Shown piece after piece: positions 10,691 to 18,864 of a DNA stretch of 62,554 nt. The stretch lies in contig JBAQGR010000728.1 of NCBI GenBank assembly GCA_049287895.1, forward strand, positions 1 through 62,554, written 5' to 3'. The position numbers were made by a program, and so were the translations under genes. The DNA comes from Desulfatitalea sp. (lineage in GTDB: Bacteria; Desulfobacterota; Desulfobacteria; Desulfobacterales; Desulfosarcinaceae). Under the pieces are notes generated by a model. It saw nothing but the letters and a program-made list of their open reading frames with translations, ran no database searches and had not been told where the DNA came from. Position 1 is the stretch's first letter, and each line of letters starts with the position of its first letter.

Positions 10691-10730
10691 GCGCATCTAT
10701 TTTTTCAGCCTGGAGCAACAGGTTGCAACT

Positions 10731-10930
10731 TCATCCGCCGCGGCCCGCAAAATGTCTGCCCACCCGGCAAGCGGCCCCCTTGAGGATCTTGCTGGTGAGT
10801 TTCACGTAATCTCCGTCAAAATGATGGCCACCGGCGGTTTTGACGAACTCCGCTCCAGACAGGATGGCGTCCGTGCATCCGCTCTCATCCTGTTCTTCGA
10901 CGCCGAAAGAGCAGCCGATGAGCAGCTTAT
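10731..10930 (-). pseudogene. AcvB/VirJ-family alpha/beta hydrolase C-terminal fragment
   Basis: Manual translation KLLIGCSFGVEEQDESGCTDAILSGAEFVKTAGGHHFDGDYVKLTSKIL; GGHHFDGDY is characteristic of the VirJ C-terminus. Not in the ORF track. Confidence 0.65.
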
Positions 10931-11134
10931 ATCGAAAAATATATATTTGTCCAATTTTGCCCCCAGATGCCCCAAATATATTTATTATCTATATTTCAAT
11001 TAGTTAACCTATATTTAAAATCCTCCTATGGGCTGGACGGGGTCGATACGGTTGAATACGCTTCCAAGTACCCGGGAACATAATTTTTACATATTGATTT
11101 TGTTATATTTTTTTACTTTCGCCTTATATCAAAT

Positions 11135-11151
11135 CAGGCACATTAATTGCT
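11135..11151 (+). promoter_or_regulatory. Sigma54 (-24/-12) promoter of aor
   Basis: CAGGCACATTAATTGCT, GG-N10-GC spacing, about 45 nt upstream of the ATG. Confidence 0.7.
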
Positions 11152-11196
11152 CTGCCCGCAAAGGATGGTGTTAATTTCAATCCCGGAGGAAACAGC

Positions 11197-13065
11197 ATGA
11201 ATGGATGGATGGGCCAGATTTTAAAAATCAATGTCAGTGACGGACGGGTGGAAACAGAGCCCACCGAACCTTATATTGACCATTATTTGGGCGGACGCGG
11301 CATTGGGGTTCGCCTGATCTACGATCTGTTAAAGCCCGGCACGGACGGCCTATCCCCTGAAAACCCGCTGATTTTCAGCATGGGGCCTCTGTCCGGCACC
11401 GCCATGCCTTCTTCGGGCCGCACGGATGTCACCGCATTGTCTCCAATGAGCAACCTGAGGGCCAAATCCAATTTCGGGGGATATTGGGGGCCGGAGGCCA
11501 AATACGCCGGTTACGACCATATCGTCATACAGGGTAAAGCCGAGAAGCCGTCCTATATCTGGATCACCGACGACACGGTCGAGATTCGGGACGCATCCCA
11601 CCTGTGGGGCAAGGACACATTTGAAACCCAGAAGCTGATTCAGCAGGAACTGGGCGACCCGGAAATCAAGGTCGTCTGCATCGGTCCGGCCGGTGAAAAC
11701 CTGGTACGTTTTGCCTGCCTCATTACGGAAGTTGCCGGCGCCGCCGCCCGTGGCGGACTCGGGGCCGTGATGGGCTCAAAAAACATCAAGGCCGTGGCCG
11801 TGCGCGGCCGTAAGCCGGTGGGGATCGCGCGGCCGGCCGAAATGTTTGAAGCCTCGCTGGCGCTCAACCGGGAAATCCGCGAAAGCCCGGCTTGCAAGGA
11901 GCTTTCCACCTATGGCGTCGTGCGGTTCGTAGCCATGATGTATCAATTGAGTTTTTTTCCAGTGGGGTATTTCGAAGACGTGCACTGGGAAGAGATCATC
12001 GAGAAGTACGGCGGACCGGCCTATGTAGACAAACACCAGATGAAAAACGTGGGCTGTTTCGCATGTCCCATCCGGTGCAAAAATTTTCTGCACGTACCAG
12101 AAATCGGCAAGGGATTCACCACCTGCGAACCCTGGAGCGGGTTCACCGGCTCGGTGTGGAACCTGGACATGGATATCTTCTGGAAAGCCATTCGCATGAC
12201 CAACCGCATGGGACTGGACTCCACGGAGACCTCGGCCTGCATCGGCCTGCTGATGGAACTGCATCACGAAGGTATTATAACCGAAAAGGATACCGACGGG
12301 ATTGCCATGGAACGGGGTTCCGAAGCCGCCATCCTGGAAACGGTGCGCAAATTAAGCGTGCGCGAAGGTTATGGCGACCTACTGGCGGAGGGCCAGCGGG
12401 TATTTGCGGAAAAGATCGGGCCGGCCGCCGTAGACAAGCTCGACATCGTCAAAGGCCTGGCCCCCCATCCTTATGAGTTCCGCGCCTATAAGGGTTCGGG
12501 TCTGATGCAGGCCGTGGGCCATCGCGGCGACCCCCTGCCCTTGCGGGGCAGCCTTCTCGAGTTCGAGTGGCACAACGCACCGGAGTGGTTTCAGGAGACG
12601 GCCGAGAAGATGTACGGCAAGGCCGGCGCCGCCATTCCAAGTTCCTATGACGGCAAGGCCGTCTCCACCATCATGTCCGAGCACAACAATCTGGCCATCG
12701 ACAGTATGGGGGTCTGCACCTGGCCCTACACCCTTTTCATTTTCCACACCATCGACAAGGCCGCCCAGATGTTCAGGCTGGTCACCGGCAAGGATTGGGA
12801 TGTGGACCACATCCTTGGCATCGCCGAACGCCTGCGCAACCTGGAACGGTTGTTCGATGTGCGCCAGGGGTTGACACGGGAAACCGACGATCTTCCCAAG
12901 AAATTTTTCGAAAAACCTTTGAGCAAAGGCAAGTACCAAGGGGCCGTGCTGGATAGAGGTAAATTCGAAGGGATGAAGGACGAGTACTACATGCTCAGGG
13001 GTTGGGACAAAAAAACCGGGGCACCCACCCAGGAAAAGAGGGTCGAACTGGGGTTGACAGATTGA
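11197..13065 (+). CDS. aor: Aldehyde:ferredoxin oxidoreductase family (tungstopterin) enzyme
   Basis: MNGWMGQILKINVS, YLGGRGIG, IGPAGENLVRFA, GRGGLG-like RGGLGAVMGSKNIKAV, CxxCxxxC (CFACPIRC), DSMGVC, EYYMLRGWD. Confidence 0.93.
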   Translation: MNGWMGQILKINVSDGRVETEPTEPYIDHYLGGRGIGVRLIYDLLKPGTDGLSPENPLIFSMGPLSGTAMPSSGRTDVTALSPMSNLRAKSNFGGYWGPEAKYAGYDHIVIQGKAEKPSYIWITDDTVEIRDASHLWGKDTFETQKLIQQELGDPEIKVVCIGPAGENLVRFACLITEVAGAAARGGLGAVMGSKNIKAVAVRGRKPVGIARPAEMFEASLALNREIRESPACKELSTYGVVRFVAMMYQLSFFPVGYFEDVHWEEIIEKYGGPAYVDKHQMKNVGCFACPIRCKNFLHVPEIGKGFTTCEPWSGFTGSVWNLDMDIFWKAIRMTNRMGLDSTETSACIGLLMELHHEGIITEKDTDGIAMERGSEAAILETVRKLSVREGYGDLLAEGQRVFAEKIGPAAVDKLDIVKGLAPHPYEFRAYKGSGLMQAVGHRGDPLPLRGSLLEFEWHNAPEWFQETAEKMYGKAGAAIPSSYDGKAVSTIMSEHNNLAIDSMGVCTWPYTLFIFHTIDKAAQMFRLVTGKDWDVDHILGIAERLRNLERLFDVRQGLTRETDDLPKKFFEKPLSKGKYQGAVLDRGKFEGMKDEYYMLRGWDKKTGAPTQEKRVELGLTD

Positions 13066-13067
13066 GC

Positions 13068-13916
13068 ATGTACCCATCCCTGGATGAAAGCAGTTCCGTA
13101 CCGGGTCCATCCGGAATCGGCGTTCAACACCATTTTCAGTGGCCCTTGATTGGCGCGACCTCTCAGGTGATCCGCATCTCCAAGTGGTATAAAGCAGCCG
13201 TCCAACTGGGCTTTGATGCTCTGGAAATCAACCGGCGCAATTCCAAACTCCATCTGGGCACCTTTCACCTCGAAAAAATCAAGCGCTACCTGCAGGGCCT
13301 GCATATCAGCCTGCACTCCGCTACAACTGGAATTTTCCAGGAGCTGGAAAGTTTCAGCTGCGCCGAGATGGCTGTTTTGCAGGCTGAAGTGGATGTCGCG
13401 CGGATATTGGGAGCCGATGAACTTATCTTCCACATCAATGCCGGCCGGCTGGACGTTGGCAAGCGACTGAAATTGAGGCCGATCATCGATTACGCCCACA
13501 CCTGCGGCATCCTGCCGATCTATGAATCCGATGCCGGCATGAATGCCGGGCAGGTGCTGAAAGTACTGGACATGTTTCCGGACATCGGTTATGCGCTCGA
13601 TCTGGGCCACCTGAACAACGGCTGGGGCAGAAATTTGCTGGGCTGCCGAATCGACACTTTCATCGAAAAAATCAAGCATCGCGTCGTTTACGTGCATGCC
13701 AATAACAACGACGGCATTAAGGACCAACATTACGGACTGGAACAGGGCTGCCTGGATTGGCGTTCGGTGCTGGACCAGCTCGATATCCGCCAAATCCGAA
13801 AAATCATCATCGAAGTATGCTCGGCGGAACACATAGCTGACAGCCGACGGGCCTTGCTGAATTACCTCGACAAACGCTCGGCTTCGGTCACCAACTGCTG
13901 GAAATTCGGTATTTGA
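13068..13916 (+). CDS. Sugar phosphate isomerase/epimerase (AP endonuclease 2 TIM barrel) family protein
   Basis: LDLGH, YVHANNNDGIKDQH, IIIE metal-binding motifs; starts 2 nt after the aor stop. Confidence 0.75.
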   Translation: MYPSLDESSSVPGPSGIGVQHHFQWPLIGATSQVIRISKWYKAAVQLGFDALEINRRNSKLHLGTFHLEKIKRYLQGLHISLHSATTGIFQELESFSCAEMAVLQAEVDVARILGADELIFHINAGRLDVGKRLKLRPIIDYAHTCGILPIYESDAGMNAGQVLKVLDMFPDIGYALDLGHLNNGWGRNLLGCRIDTFIEKIKHRVVYVHANNNDGIKDQHYGLEQGCLDWRSVLDQLDIRQIRKIIIEVCSAEHIADSRRALLNYLDKRSASVTNCWKFGI

Positions 13917-13990
13917 TCAGACCTGACTACGATCGACATCAAAGGTCGTCCAGGATCTGTCGCTTCTTCTCGACATACTCCTATTCCGGT

Positions 13991-15040
13991 TTACAGCCTA
14001 ACGCCCGCGCGCACGGCTATCAACTCGGCCACGATGCTAACGGCGATCTCCTCCGGTGTGTCCGCACCGATGGTCAGGCCGATGGGGCAATGCACACGGG
14101 CAATGTCGGCGGCCGTATATCCTTCAATCGACAGGCTGTCGTAGATGGCATCTCTTTTACCCCGGCTGCCGATCATGCCGATATAGGCGGCCGGGGTCTT
14201 CAAGGCCTGAGCCAGTACAGTCCGGTCATGCAGGTGCCCACGGGTGACAATGATAACAAACGCATCGGCGTTGACTGCCAGGCCCGCAAAGGCGGCATCG
14301 AAGCCGGAAATGGTATGGACCCCAGCGGCCTCGGGAAAGCGGACCCCATTGGCGAATTCTGACCTGTCATCCAATACTACGACATCAAATCCCACCATGG
14401 CGGCCAGGTGGGCCGTGGGCCGGGCCACATGACCGCCGCCGAATATATAGAGGGTCGCCGCGCTTTGGCCCGGATCGGCCACCACCAGCTTGCCTTCCAG
14501 GTTCAAAACCTGGACATGGGCGGCCCTGGCTACCAAATCAGGCAATTGCCGGCGAAAGCCGTCAGATAATCCCGAATCGCCCTGCACACTGTTGTCGCTC
14601 CTCAATAGCGCATGGTCGATACGCTCGATATGGGTTTCGTCGCCGGCAACAATGGAGACCAGCATGGCCTTGCGACCTTGGGACAACGATTCGCGCCAGG
14701 CGTTAAAAAGAGTCCGATTTTCATCACCGGGCTTGATATAATCCAGAAGCACCCGGACCAGGCCGCCGCAGATCATCTCCATTTTGGCCGCATCCTGATT
14801 GGTCAGATCGAAGGTAAGAAACCGGGCCGGCAGTTCCGCGTTCATCTGCGCGGCCGCCTGCATGGTCTTGGCTTCCAGCAGACCACCGCCGATGGTGCCG
14901 ACAATCTCCTGTTCCGGAGTAATCAGCATCCGGGTGCCGGCTGTGCGAGGCGCGGACCCCTGCTGTTGAATAATGGTGGCCAGAACAAAGCCCCGTCCTT
15001 GGGCGAGCCGTTCACAGGCGGCTGCAGCTATGGGGTCCAT
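13991..15040 (-). CDS. xdhC: XdhC family Moco-insertion / maturation factor
   Basis: GSAPRTAG, GTIGGGLLE, MICGG, IFGGGHVA, VTRGHLHD, YIGMIGS, PIGLTIGADTPEEIAVSIVAEL. Confidence 0.93.
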   Translation of the reverse strand: MDPIAAAACERLAQGRGFVLATIIQQQGSAPRTAGTRMLITPEQEIVGTIGGGLLEAKTMQAAAQMNAELPARFLTFDLTNQDAAKMEMICGGLVRVLLDYIKPGDENRTLFNAWRESLSQGRKAMLVSIVAGDETHIERIDHALLRSDNSVQGDSGLSDGFRRQLPDLVARAAHVQVLNLEGKLVVADPGQSAATLYIFGGGHVARPTAHLAAMVGFDVVVLDDRSEFANGVRFPEAAGVHTISGFDAAFAGLAVNADAFVIIVTRGHLHDRTVLAQALKTPAAYIGMIGSRGKRDAIYDSLSIEGYTAADIARVHCPIGLTIGADTPEEIAVSIVAELIAVRAGVRL

Positions 15041-16085
15041 TGGTATAAACTCCTTTCAGCATTAGCGGTTCCCGGGGATTTGGGCAAATCGATGTCATCC
15101 GCCGTAAGGCACTTCCGCATGGGCAGGGTTCGGGCATGACAGCCGCCAGATGGCCGGTGCGGTAACGCACCAAAGGCATGGCTTCGCGGGTGAGGGTGGT
15201 CACCAGTACCTCGCCATAACTGCCGTCATCAACGGGCCGAGGTGTGCATGGGGCCACGATCTCGATGAGCAGATCCGCCTCCCGGAGATGAAATCCGTCC
15301 CGGGCGGTACATTCAACGCCGCCACCTGGGCACATTTCAGCGGCACCGTAATGCTGTAGAACCGGGCAACCCCAGAAACGACCGATTTCTTCCGCCGCGG
15401 ATCGCAGGGTGTTTTGGGTGCCCAGCCAGATACTCCGTATTTGTCCTGGCGGAATGCGCCCCGAGCCGGGATAGCGGGCCAGGGCCGCCATCTCCGAGGG
15501 AACCCCTACCAGACAATCGATTTGATTCCGCAGTACGGCATCCACCACCGCTTCAGCTGATTGCATGGGGCCGTGCGCGATGACGTGCACGCCAAGGCGC
15601 GCCAACCCCCGGGAGAGTAGATCGCCCACGCTGTGTGGCTGCCGGCAGGGCATCAGAACAAGCATCCGCTGTTGTGGCGCCACCAGTGTGCTGAACCCAT
15701 GGTGAAAGAAATCCACTGCCAATTCCAGATCAGCCGTGGTGAAAAACAGACGCCTGGGGCGAACTTCCGGTGAACGGGCCGGCAGGGTCACCACCCGTTC
15801 CACCGCACTTTGGGAGACACATAAAAACGCCAAAGGATCGCTCCTGAGATCATCGGCCGTGGTCAGGGGCCACCGGGCCAGGTCCTGCAAGCCATGCACG
15901 GATGCAGGGTTGTGGGTGGCGAAATGGCGGCGGTAAAACGGACTGCGGCACTTGACATAGTCCAGGGTGCTGCGGAGCTTTTCCAGCTGGTATTTCGTCA
16001 GGATCTGACGGGTAAGATCCCGGTGGGCCGGCAAACCGATTTTGGCCTTCACCCAGGCTTCCAGGGGGGTTCGGGAATGTGTCAT
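15012..16085 (-). CDS. DVU_1553-like phenylacetate-CoA-ligase-family adenylate-forming protein (degenerate P-loop)
   Basis: SPFYR, GGGVEC, GEVLVTTLTREAMPLVRYRTG, PCPCGS; TGATG overlap with the upstream radical SAM gene. Confidence 0.75.
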   Translation of the reverse strand: MTHSRTPLEAWVKAKIGLPAHRDLTRQILTKYQLEKLRSTLDYVKCRSPFYRRHFATHNPASVHGLQDLARWPLTTADDLRSDPLAFLCVSQSAVERVVTLPARSPEVRPRRLFFTTADLELAVDFFHHGFSTLVAPQQRMLVLMPCRQPHSVGDLLSRGLARLGVHVIAHGPMQSAEAVVDAVLRNQIDCLVGVPSEMAALARYPGSGRIPPGQIRSIWLGTQNTLRSAAEEIGRFWGCPVLQHYGAAEMCPGGGVECTARDGFHLREADLLIEIVAPCTPRPVDDGSYGEVLVTTLTREAMPLVRYRTGHLAAVMPEPCPCGSALRRMTSICPNPREPLMLKGVYTNGPHSCSRL

Positions 16086-17479
16086 CACGGACGATACAGC
16101 CTCCTGCCGTCGACGGCGGTCAGATTGTACAGGCAAAAGGGAATCAAGCGTCCGTCGGGGGCCATCACATGGATACAGCAATCCCGGACACGATCCAGGG
16201 CAATCGTCCAGGCATCCTGAAACGCCATGGCCGAGATGGAAAACGTGTGGGTACGGGCCCGATGGATGAATGCATCCAGGTCCATGGGAACCAAGGCACC
16301 AGTGTCGCCGGGCGCTTTTCCTTGGGTCCGGCAGATGCACCCGCCGGATGACGCTGTTTCGGCGGCCGGCTTTTCCCGGCCGGCCCATTGGCGGGCCACA
16401 GCGGAAATGGCCCGAATGGCCCCCACATCGGCCTTGATGGGGGGCGCACAACACGCTTCCGAAGGAGATGATTTCATCGGTATCACCTGTCCGCCCGGCA
16501 GTTGCATGAATCGGCCGTGAAATGAGCACAGGGCATTCTCGCACCCCGGCGGCTCAAAGTGGGTGGCCTGAAACAGACCGCCGCTCTGATCTTCTATCGC
16601 CCTCATCACCTCGGGCAGCGTGATACGGGCGGCCGCATCGGGGGTGACCGGATAACGTCCGAAATAGCTGACCGGTTGGAAATGGACACCGCGTACAGTC
16701 GGCACCCAATCCAGGGCGGCCTTCAGAATGGCGCCGATATCGTGCGTATTGACGCCGGGCACCAGGGTCGGCACCAGAACCACACCGATGTCCTGCTCGG
16801 CGCAGGCTTCGATGGCTGCGCGCTTGTCCTGCAGCAGGGGCCGCCCTCTCAAATATTGGTAAATATCATCTTCAGTGCCGTCGAATTGCAGGAATACCGA
16901 TGCCAGACCCGCCTTTTTCAACTCTTTGACAAATGCCCGGTCCCGGCCAAGACGCAGGCCGTTGGTATTGACCTGAATGAAATCGAACCCCCGCTCCCTG
17001 CCCAGGGCCACAATGGCGGGCAGGTCGTCCCGCAGGGTCGGCTCGCCGCCGGACAACTGGATATTACATCCCTGCCCGCCGTCGTGGGCTCTGCGAAACA
17101 ATTCAGCTATGGCATCCACCGGGGGATCCGGTCTTTGGGAGGAAGCGGCCGCATAACAGACCGGACAGGCCAAATTGCAGCGCTGGGTGATTTCGATGAT
17201 CACCGTGCAGGAGCGCTGCCGGTGATCGGGGCACAGCCCGCAGTCAAAGGGGCACCCTTTTTCACCCTTGCTGAAAACCACCGGCGGCCCGGCCGGTATC
17301 TTGGGGCGCTGCCATTGATCGAAGGAGGGCATCCCTTGCCAGATCAGTGAACGGAATTCACCATGCTGAGCGCAGGTCTTAACGAGATGGACGTCGTCGC
17401 CAATAAAAATACGTTGCGCCGGCAGGCGTTTCAGACACACCGGGCAGAGGCTTTCCGTTCGGGTTCGATTCGCTGTCAT
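16085..17479 (-). CDS. trsS: Radical SAM protein, TrsS/DVU_1554 type
   Basis: TESLCPVC, GCPFDCGLCPDH, CNLACPVC radical SAM motif, SGGEP, MAFQDAW, CCIHV, IPFCLYN; conserved position in a mop cluster. Confidence 0.8.
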   Translation of the reverse strand: MTANRTRTESLCPVCLKRLPAQRIFIGDDVHLVKTCAQHGEFRSLIWQGMPSFDQWQRPKIPAGPPVVFSKGEKGCPFDCGLCPDHRQRSCTVIIEITQRCNLACPVCYAAASSQRPDPPVDAIAELFRRAHDGGQGCNIQLSGGEPTLRDDLPAIVALGRERGFDFIQVNTNGLRLGRDRAFVKELKKAGLASVFLQFDGTEDDIYQYLRGRPLLQDKRAAIEACAEQDIGVVLVPTLVPGVNTHDIGAILKAALDWVPTVRGVHFQPVSYFGRYPVTPDAAARITLPEVMRAIEDQSGGLFQATHFEPPGCENALCSFHGRFMQLPGGQVIPMKSSPSEACCAPPIKADVGAIRAISAVARQWAGREKPAAETASSGGCICRTQGKAPGDTGALVPMDLDAFIHRARTHTFSISAMAFQDAWTIALDRVRDCCIHVMAPDGRLIPFCLYNLTAVDGRRLYRP

Positions 17480-17546
17480 TGCAGGTCCGGACCGCCGTTC
17501 AGGCCCTGATTGGCGATGGCGACTTTCCATGCTGTATACCGGTCAA

Positions 17547-17873
17547 TCAGCATTTCTGACAGTCACAGGCAATATTGCCGGCGATGATCTCTTTCCAGTC
17601 ACCTAACACGTCGTGAGTCCAGCAGTCATCCGCGCCCGCCGCCTCCCGCATGACCAGGGCCAGGATGTAGGCCAATTCCTTGACCGTGGCGCCGGCTTCA
17701 AGGGCGCCTTTGAAATGTTTCAGTACGCAGGGTTTGGAACGCCCCTTGATGGAAAGGGCAAAGCATATGAATTGATACGTTTTTTCGTCGATCATGCGCT
17801 TCTGCCCGTAAAGACCATCCACGGCGTCCAGCAGATCGGTAAATTCAGGAAAGAATTCAGCCAGCATTCGCAT
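17547..17873 (-). CDS. Carboxymuconolactone decarboxylase / AhpD-like protein
   Basis: IDEKTYQFICFALSI...CVLKHFKGALEAGATVKEL; GGAGGT RBS 7 nt upstream. Confidence 0.75.
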   Translation of the reverse strand: MRMLAEFFPEFTDLLDAVDGLYGQKRMIDEKTYQFICFALSIKGRSKPCVLKHFKGALEAGATVKELAYILALVMREAAGADDCWTHDVLGDWKEIIAGNIACDCQKC

Positions 17874-17952
17874 TGGTCATACCTCCCAGGTGGAAAATGA
17901 TGGGTTCAACTCTCAAACTGACGGCCTGTTATGCCCCATGCGGTGCAACTTC

Positions 17953-18396
17953 TCAGCCACCCAAAGGATCGATACCGTTGGCGGCCAGGATTTCCATGAC
18001 CTTGGCATAGGTATCGGCCACGATGGCGCCGCAGCGCTTGAGAGAGGCAATCGGTCCGTCTTCACCGACGATTGCATCACAACTCATGTCATTGGCAGCG
18101 CAATCGATACGCCGACTGAACCAGTCATTGAGCTCCTGCAGCATGAGCGCCAGGCGATCGGATTCGGCTTCTTCAGCGCTGGCCTTGCCGGCATACAGGG
18201 CCAATAAGCAGCATCCGGCGGCCAGCGTACCGCAAGTTCCCCGGCCGCTACCGCACCCATATGCCAAGCCGGCCATGGCGCGCACAAGTTCCGGATTGCT
18301 CTCGCCGCGGACTTCCAGCCCAAGAAGAATGATCACCTGACTGCAGGAATAACCCTGTTGCCTCAGCTGCAGCATGCGTATCAGTGTATCGTCCAT
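17953..18396 (-). CDS. C-GCAxxG-C-C family redox protein (DVU_1555 type)
   Basis: GYSCSQ, CGTLAAG, later Cys residues; position in the mop cluster. Confidence 0.85.
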   Translation of the reverse strand: MDDTLIRMLQLRQQGYSCSQVIILLGLEVRGESNPELVRAMAGLAYGCGSGRGTCGTLAAGCCLLALYAGKASAEEAESDRLALMLQELNDWFSRRIDCAANDMSCDAIVGEDGPIASLKRCGAIVADTYAKVMEILAANGIDPLGG

Positions 18397-18462
18397 GAAA
18401 ACTCCCAGTCCGGCTGAACCGGACCGTTAAAGAACCGAGAACCTTGAACCGGATTCAAGGAA

Positions 18463-18534
18463 CTAGTCAGTATTCGGTTTTCGCGCCACCAGCAGATAGT
18501 ACCCCGGCCGAATGACAGGCCCGCTGGCCGCCTT
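18463..18534 (-). pseudogene. C-terminal remnant of a DVU_1556-type SAM methyltransferase
   Basis: Manual translation KAASGPVIRPGYYLLVARKPNTD*; located where this methyltransferase normally lies, between the DVU_1557- and DVU_1555-like genes. Confidence 0.55.
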
Positions 18535-18537
18535 TCA

Positions 18538-18571
18538 CCCTCACCCCAACCCTCTCTCTCAAGGGAGAGGG
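18538..18571. repeat. REP-like palindrome of the CCCTCACCCCAACCCTCTC...GGGAGAGGG type
   Basis: CCCTCACCCCAACCCTCTCTCTCAAGGGAGAGGG hairpin. Confidence 0.7.
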
Positions 18572-18607
18572 CGCTTAAAGCCGCTTCAGCTTATCAGCCC
18601 CGGGCAC

Positions 18608-18635
18608 TGAACCTTGAACCCTGAACCTTGAACTT
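18608..18635. repeat. Heptamer tandem repeat (TGAACYY x4)
   Basis: TGAACCT TGAACCC TGAACCT TGAACTT; related runs near 18415-18450 and 32167-32192. Confidence 0.8.
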
Positions 18636-18651
18636 TATCATTTATCATTTG

Positions 18652-18864
18652 TCATTTGTCTTCCAGCAATTTCTCCACTTCGGCCATCTTGCCCAGCGCC
18701 ACCTTCTCTGAAATTAATACCCGTCCGCAATCCGGACAATAGGGCAAGTCCGCGGTAAAGCGGTTGCCCATATAAGCCACGTTGATGGGTCCGGCGATCA
18801 GTTCCCGGTTACACTGGTCGCATCGCCATTGCAAATCTTCGGGACGCACATTGTCCGATTTCAT
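18652..18864 (-). CDS. DVU_1557 family small Cys4 redox / zinc-ribbon protein
   Basis: WRCDQC...YMG...CPDCG...GKMAEVEKLLEDK. Confidence 0.85.
   Translation of the reverse strand: MKSDNVRPEDLQWRCDQCNRELIAGPINVAYMGNRFTADLPYCPDCGRVLISEKVALGKMAEVEKLLEDK

Noticed and set aside
11197..13065. Class II benzoyl-CoA reductase BamB
   Set aside because: It is AOR-family, but BamB-specific residues could not be confirmed and no benzoyl-CoA pathway genes are in the window.
13935..13985. Minus-strand EYVEKKRQILDDL* resembling a SHOCT-domain tail, or a 19-codon ORF after xdhC
   Set aside because: Too short to support by eye.
16085..17479. Selenocysteine in the TrsS-like radical SAM, HdrA or MvhD
   Set aside because: The ORFs are continuous with Cys codons; no in-frame TGA readthrough is needed.
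18535..18537. In-frame TGA before the methyltransferase remnant, considered as selenocysteine
   Set aside because: It lies at the edge of the REP-like palindrome, with no upstream coding region and no evident SECIS.
18608..18635. CRISPR array at the short tandem repeats or REP elements
   Set aside because: There are no 25-45 nt repeats with unique spacers and no cas genes.
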